Shown here: piece by piece, positions 63,501 to 64,000 of the stretch
Position numbering within the stretch: position 1 is the first letter of the stretch
Layout of the letters: each line of letters begins with the position of its first letter
From: Azolla caroliniana
Taxonomy: Eukaryota; Plantae; Polypodiophyta
Reading direction: 5' to 3'
NCBI GenBank assembly: GCA_043228905.1
Contig: JBHGNT010000021.1
Span: forward strand, 7,006,001 to 7,070,000
DNA length: 64,000 nt
Program-made: the position numbers and the translations under genes
Notes under the pieces: model-generated
Database searches by the model: none
What the model was told of the DNA's origin: nothing
What the model saw: the letters and a program-made list of their open reading frames with translations, nothing else

Positions 63501-64000
63501 TCTTCGGCACAGTAAACTCGAGCCGGATTCCCTTCGTGCGACAGTACTCCTGGAACTGCCCCCGGTATTCGCCTCCGTTATCCGCTCGAATCGCTTTCAG
63601 CTTCTTGCCGGATTCCCTTTCCACTCTTGCGTGGAGTTCTTTGAAGACGGACAACACTTGGTCCTTTGTCTTCAACGGCGCCGTCCACAGCTTCCGGCTG
63701 TGATCATCAATGAAAGTCACGAAGTACTGGGCTCCGCCATGTGACTTCGTTTCTACCTGACACACATCCGTGTGCACCAACTCCAATGGTGCGCTACGTC
63801 TCGTCGGTGGCCTTGAGTGGAAGGAGGTTCGGTTCTGCTTACCGGCCAGGCAATCGGTGCACTTCTCCAGATGCACATGCTTCACTGGAATGAGGTTGTC
63901 TTCTGCAAGCCTCTTCATCCCCTTCTCGCTCATGTGGCACAGTCTCTTGTGCCACAGCTCACCGGCAGTGTCGGCTGCCACGTTCAGCTCCTCCGGACAT
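60582..64000 (-). mobile_element. second copy of the Tnt1/Tto1-like Copia family (3' LTR ~60582-61205; runs off the window)
   Basis: Related LTR, PPT and pol nearly identical to the 37754-41827 copy. Confidence 0.93.
61216..64000 (-). CDS. open Copia IN-RT-RNaseH polyprotein (partial)
   Basis: 921-aa open frame differing from the first copy by scattered substitutions and one Glu insertion. Confidence 0.93.
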   Translation of the reverse strand, partial: CPEELNVAADTAGELWHKRLCHMSEKGMKRLAEDNLIPVKHVHLEKCTDCLAGKQNRTSFHSRPPTRRSAPLELVHTDVCQVETKSHGGAQYFVTFIDDHSRKLWTAPLKTKDQVLSVFKELHARVERESGKKLKAIRADNGGEYRGQFQEYCRTKGIRLEFTVPKTPELNGLAERMNRTIMERVRSMLVHAKLPKGFWAEAMSTATYVINRSPSVPLDGDTPQKVWTGKEVSYRHLKVFGCLVYVHVAKDRRGKLDPKTRPCIFLGYGDDEFGYRVWDPVDKKIFRSRDIIFMEDKTLADWESEKEMKSSKSTGEDKLYEEQSRPARDRLALEDPAEDGEETEPAEEDENDTGTGPDPEMDSDEEEESEEPVTEAPERRYPLRERRAPRRFPEPEHVLLTDEGEPESFEEAKHDTQSRRWLSAMQDEMDSLHENHTYELVELPKGKRALRNKWVFKLKPGDAGNPPRYKARIVVKGFQQKKGVDFDEIFAPVVKMTSIRTVLSIAASMDLEVEQIDVKTAFLHGDLDEEIYMQQPEGFEKKGKEHLVCRLKKSLYGLKQAPRQWYRKFDSFMTDEGYLKTQSDHCVFVKKFEGGDFLILLLYVDDMLIVGRDQVKIRMLKKALHRTFSMKDLGPARQILGMHIIRDRSKKQLWLSQEKYVTKVLQRFNMSEARPVGSTLPANCKLSSKQSPKTKAEKEDMMKVPYASAVGSLMYAMVCTRPDIGYAVGVVSRYMSNPGKEHWNAVKWILRYLKGTANVCLRFGSGKPELDGFTDSDMSADADTSRSTSGYVMTYAGGAVSWQSRLQKTVALSTTEAEYMAAVEAGKEIIWMKDFIRELGIRQEEYRLYCDSQSAIHLAKNAAYHSRTKHIQRRYHWIRERIEDKEFVLTKVHTDENGSDMLTKVLTPDKLEACRKRIGLERHPMPK

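Overview
Land-plant nuclear DNA, probably a fern or other non-seed vascular plant (inferred from retroelement types and PPR relics, not proven). Three well-supported genes: an intronless class I TCP transcription factor (+, 22249-23781), a 6-exon plastid-targeted At4g37920/At1g36320-family gene (-, 32529-25386) and an 18-exon long-chain acyl-CoA synthetase (+, 52730-59280). The first exon of a small 'MHLWPS' protein lies at 7094. The rest is mostly nested transposons: decayed L1 LINEs, a PPR/nucleotide-sugar-transporter pseudogene chimera, solo LTRs, hAT-type MITEs with 8-bp TSDs, an old Copia (13888-19581) and Gypsy relics. The most notable structure is a three-layer nest at 33-44.6 kb. An old Gypsy integrase is split by a young tRNA-Trp-primed LTR element with a 4-bp TSD (33764-44324). 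That element is split by an intact Copia with apparently identical LTRs (37173-42427). Removing the Copia restores one uninterrupted ~1306-codon ORF (Gag-like head plus a repetitive tail, no pol) that runs from the PBS into the 3' LTR. All calls are by eye; no database searches were run.
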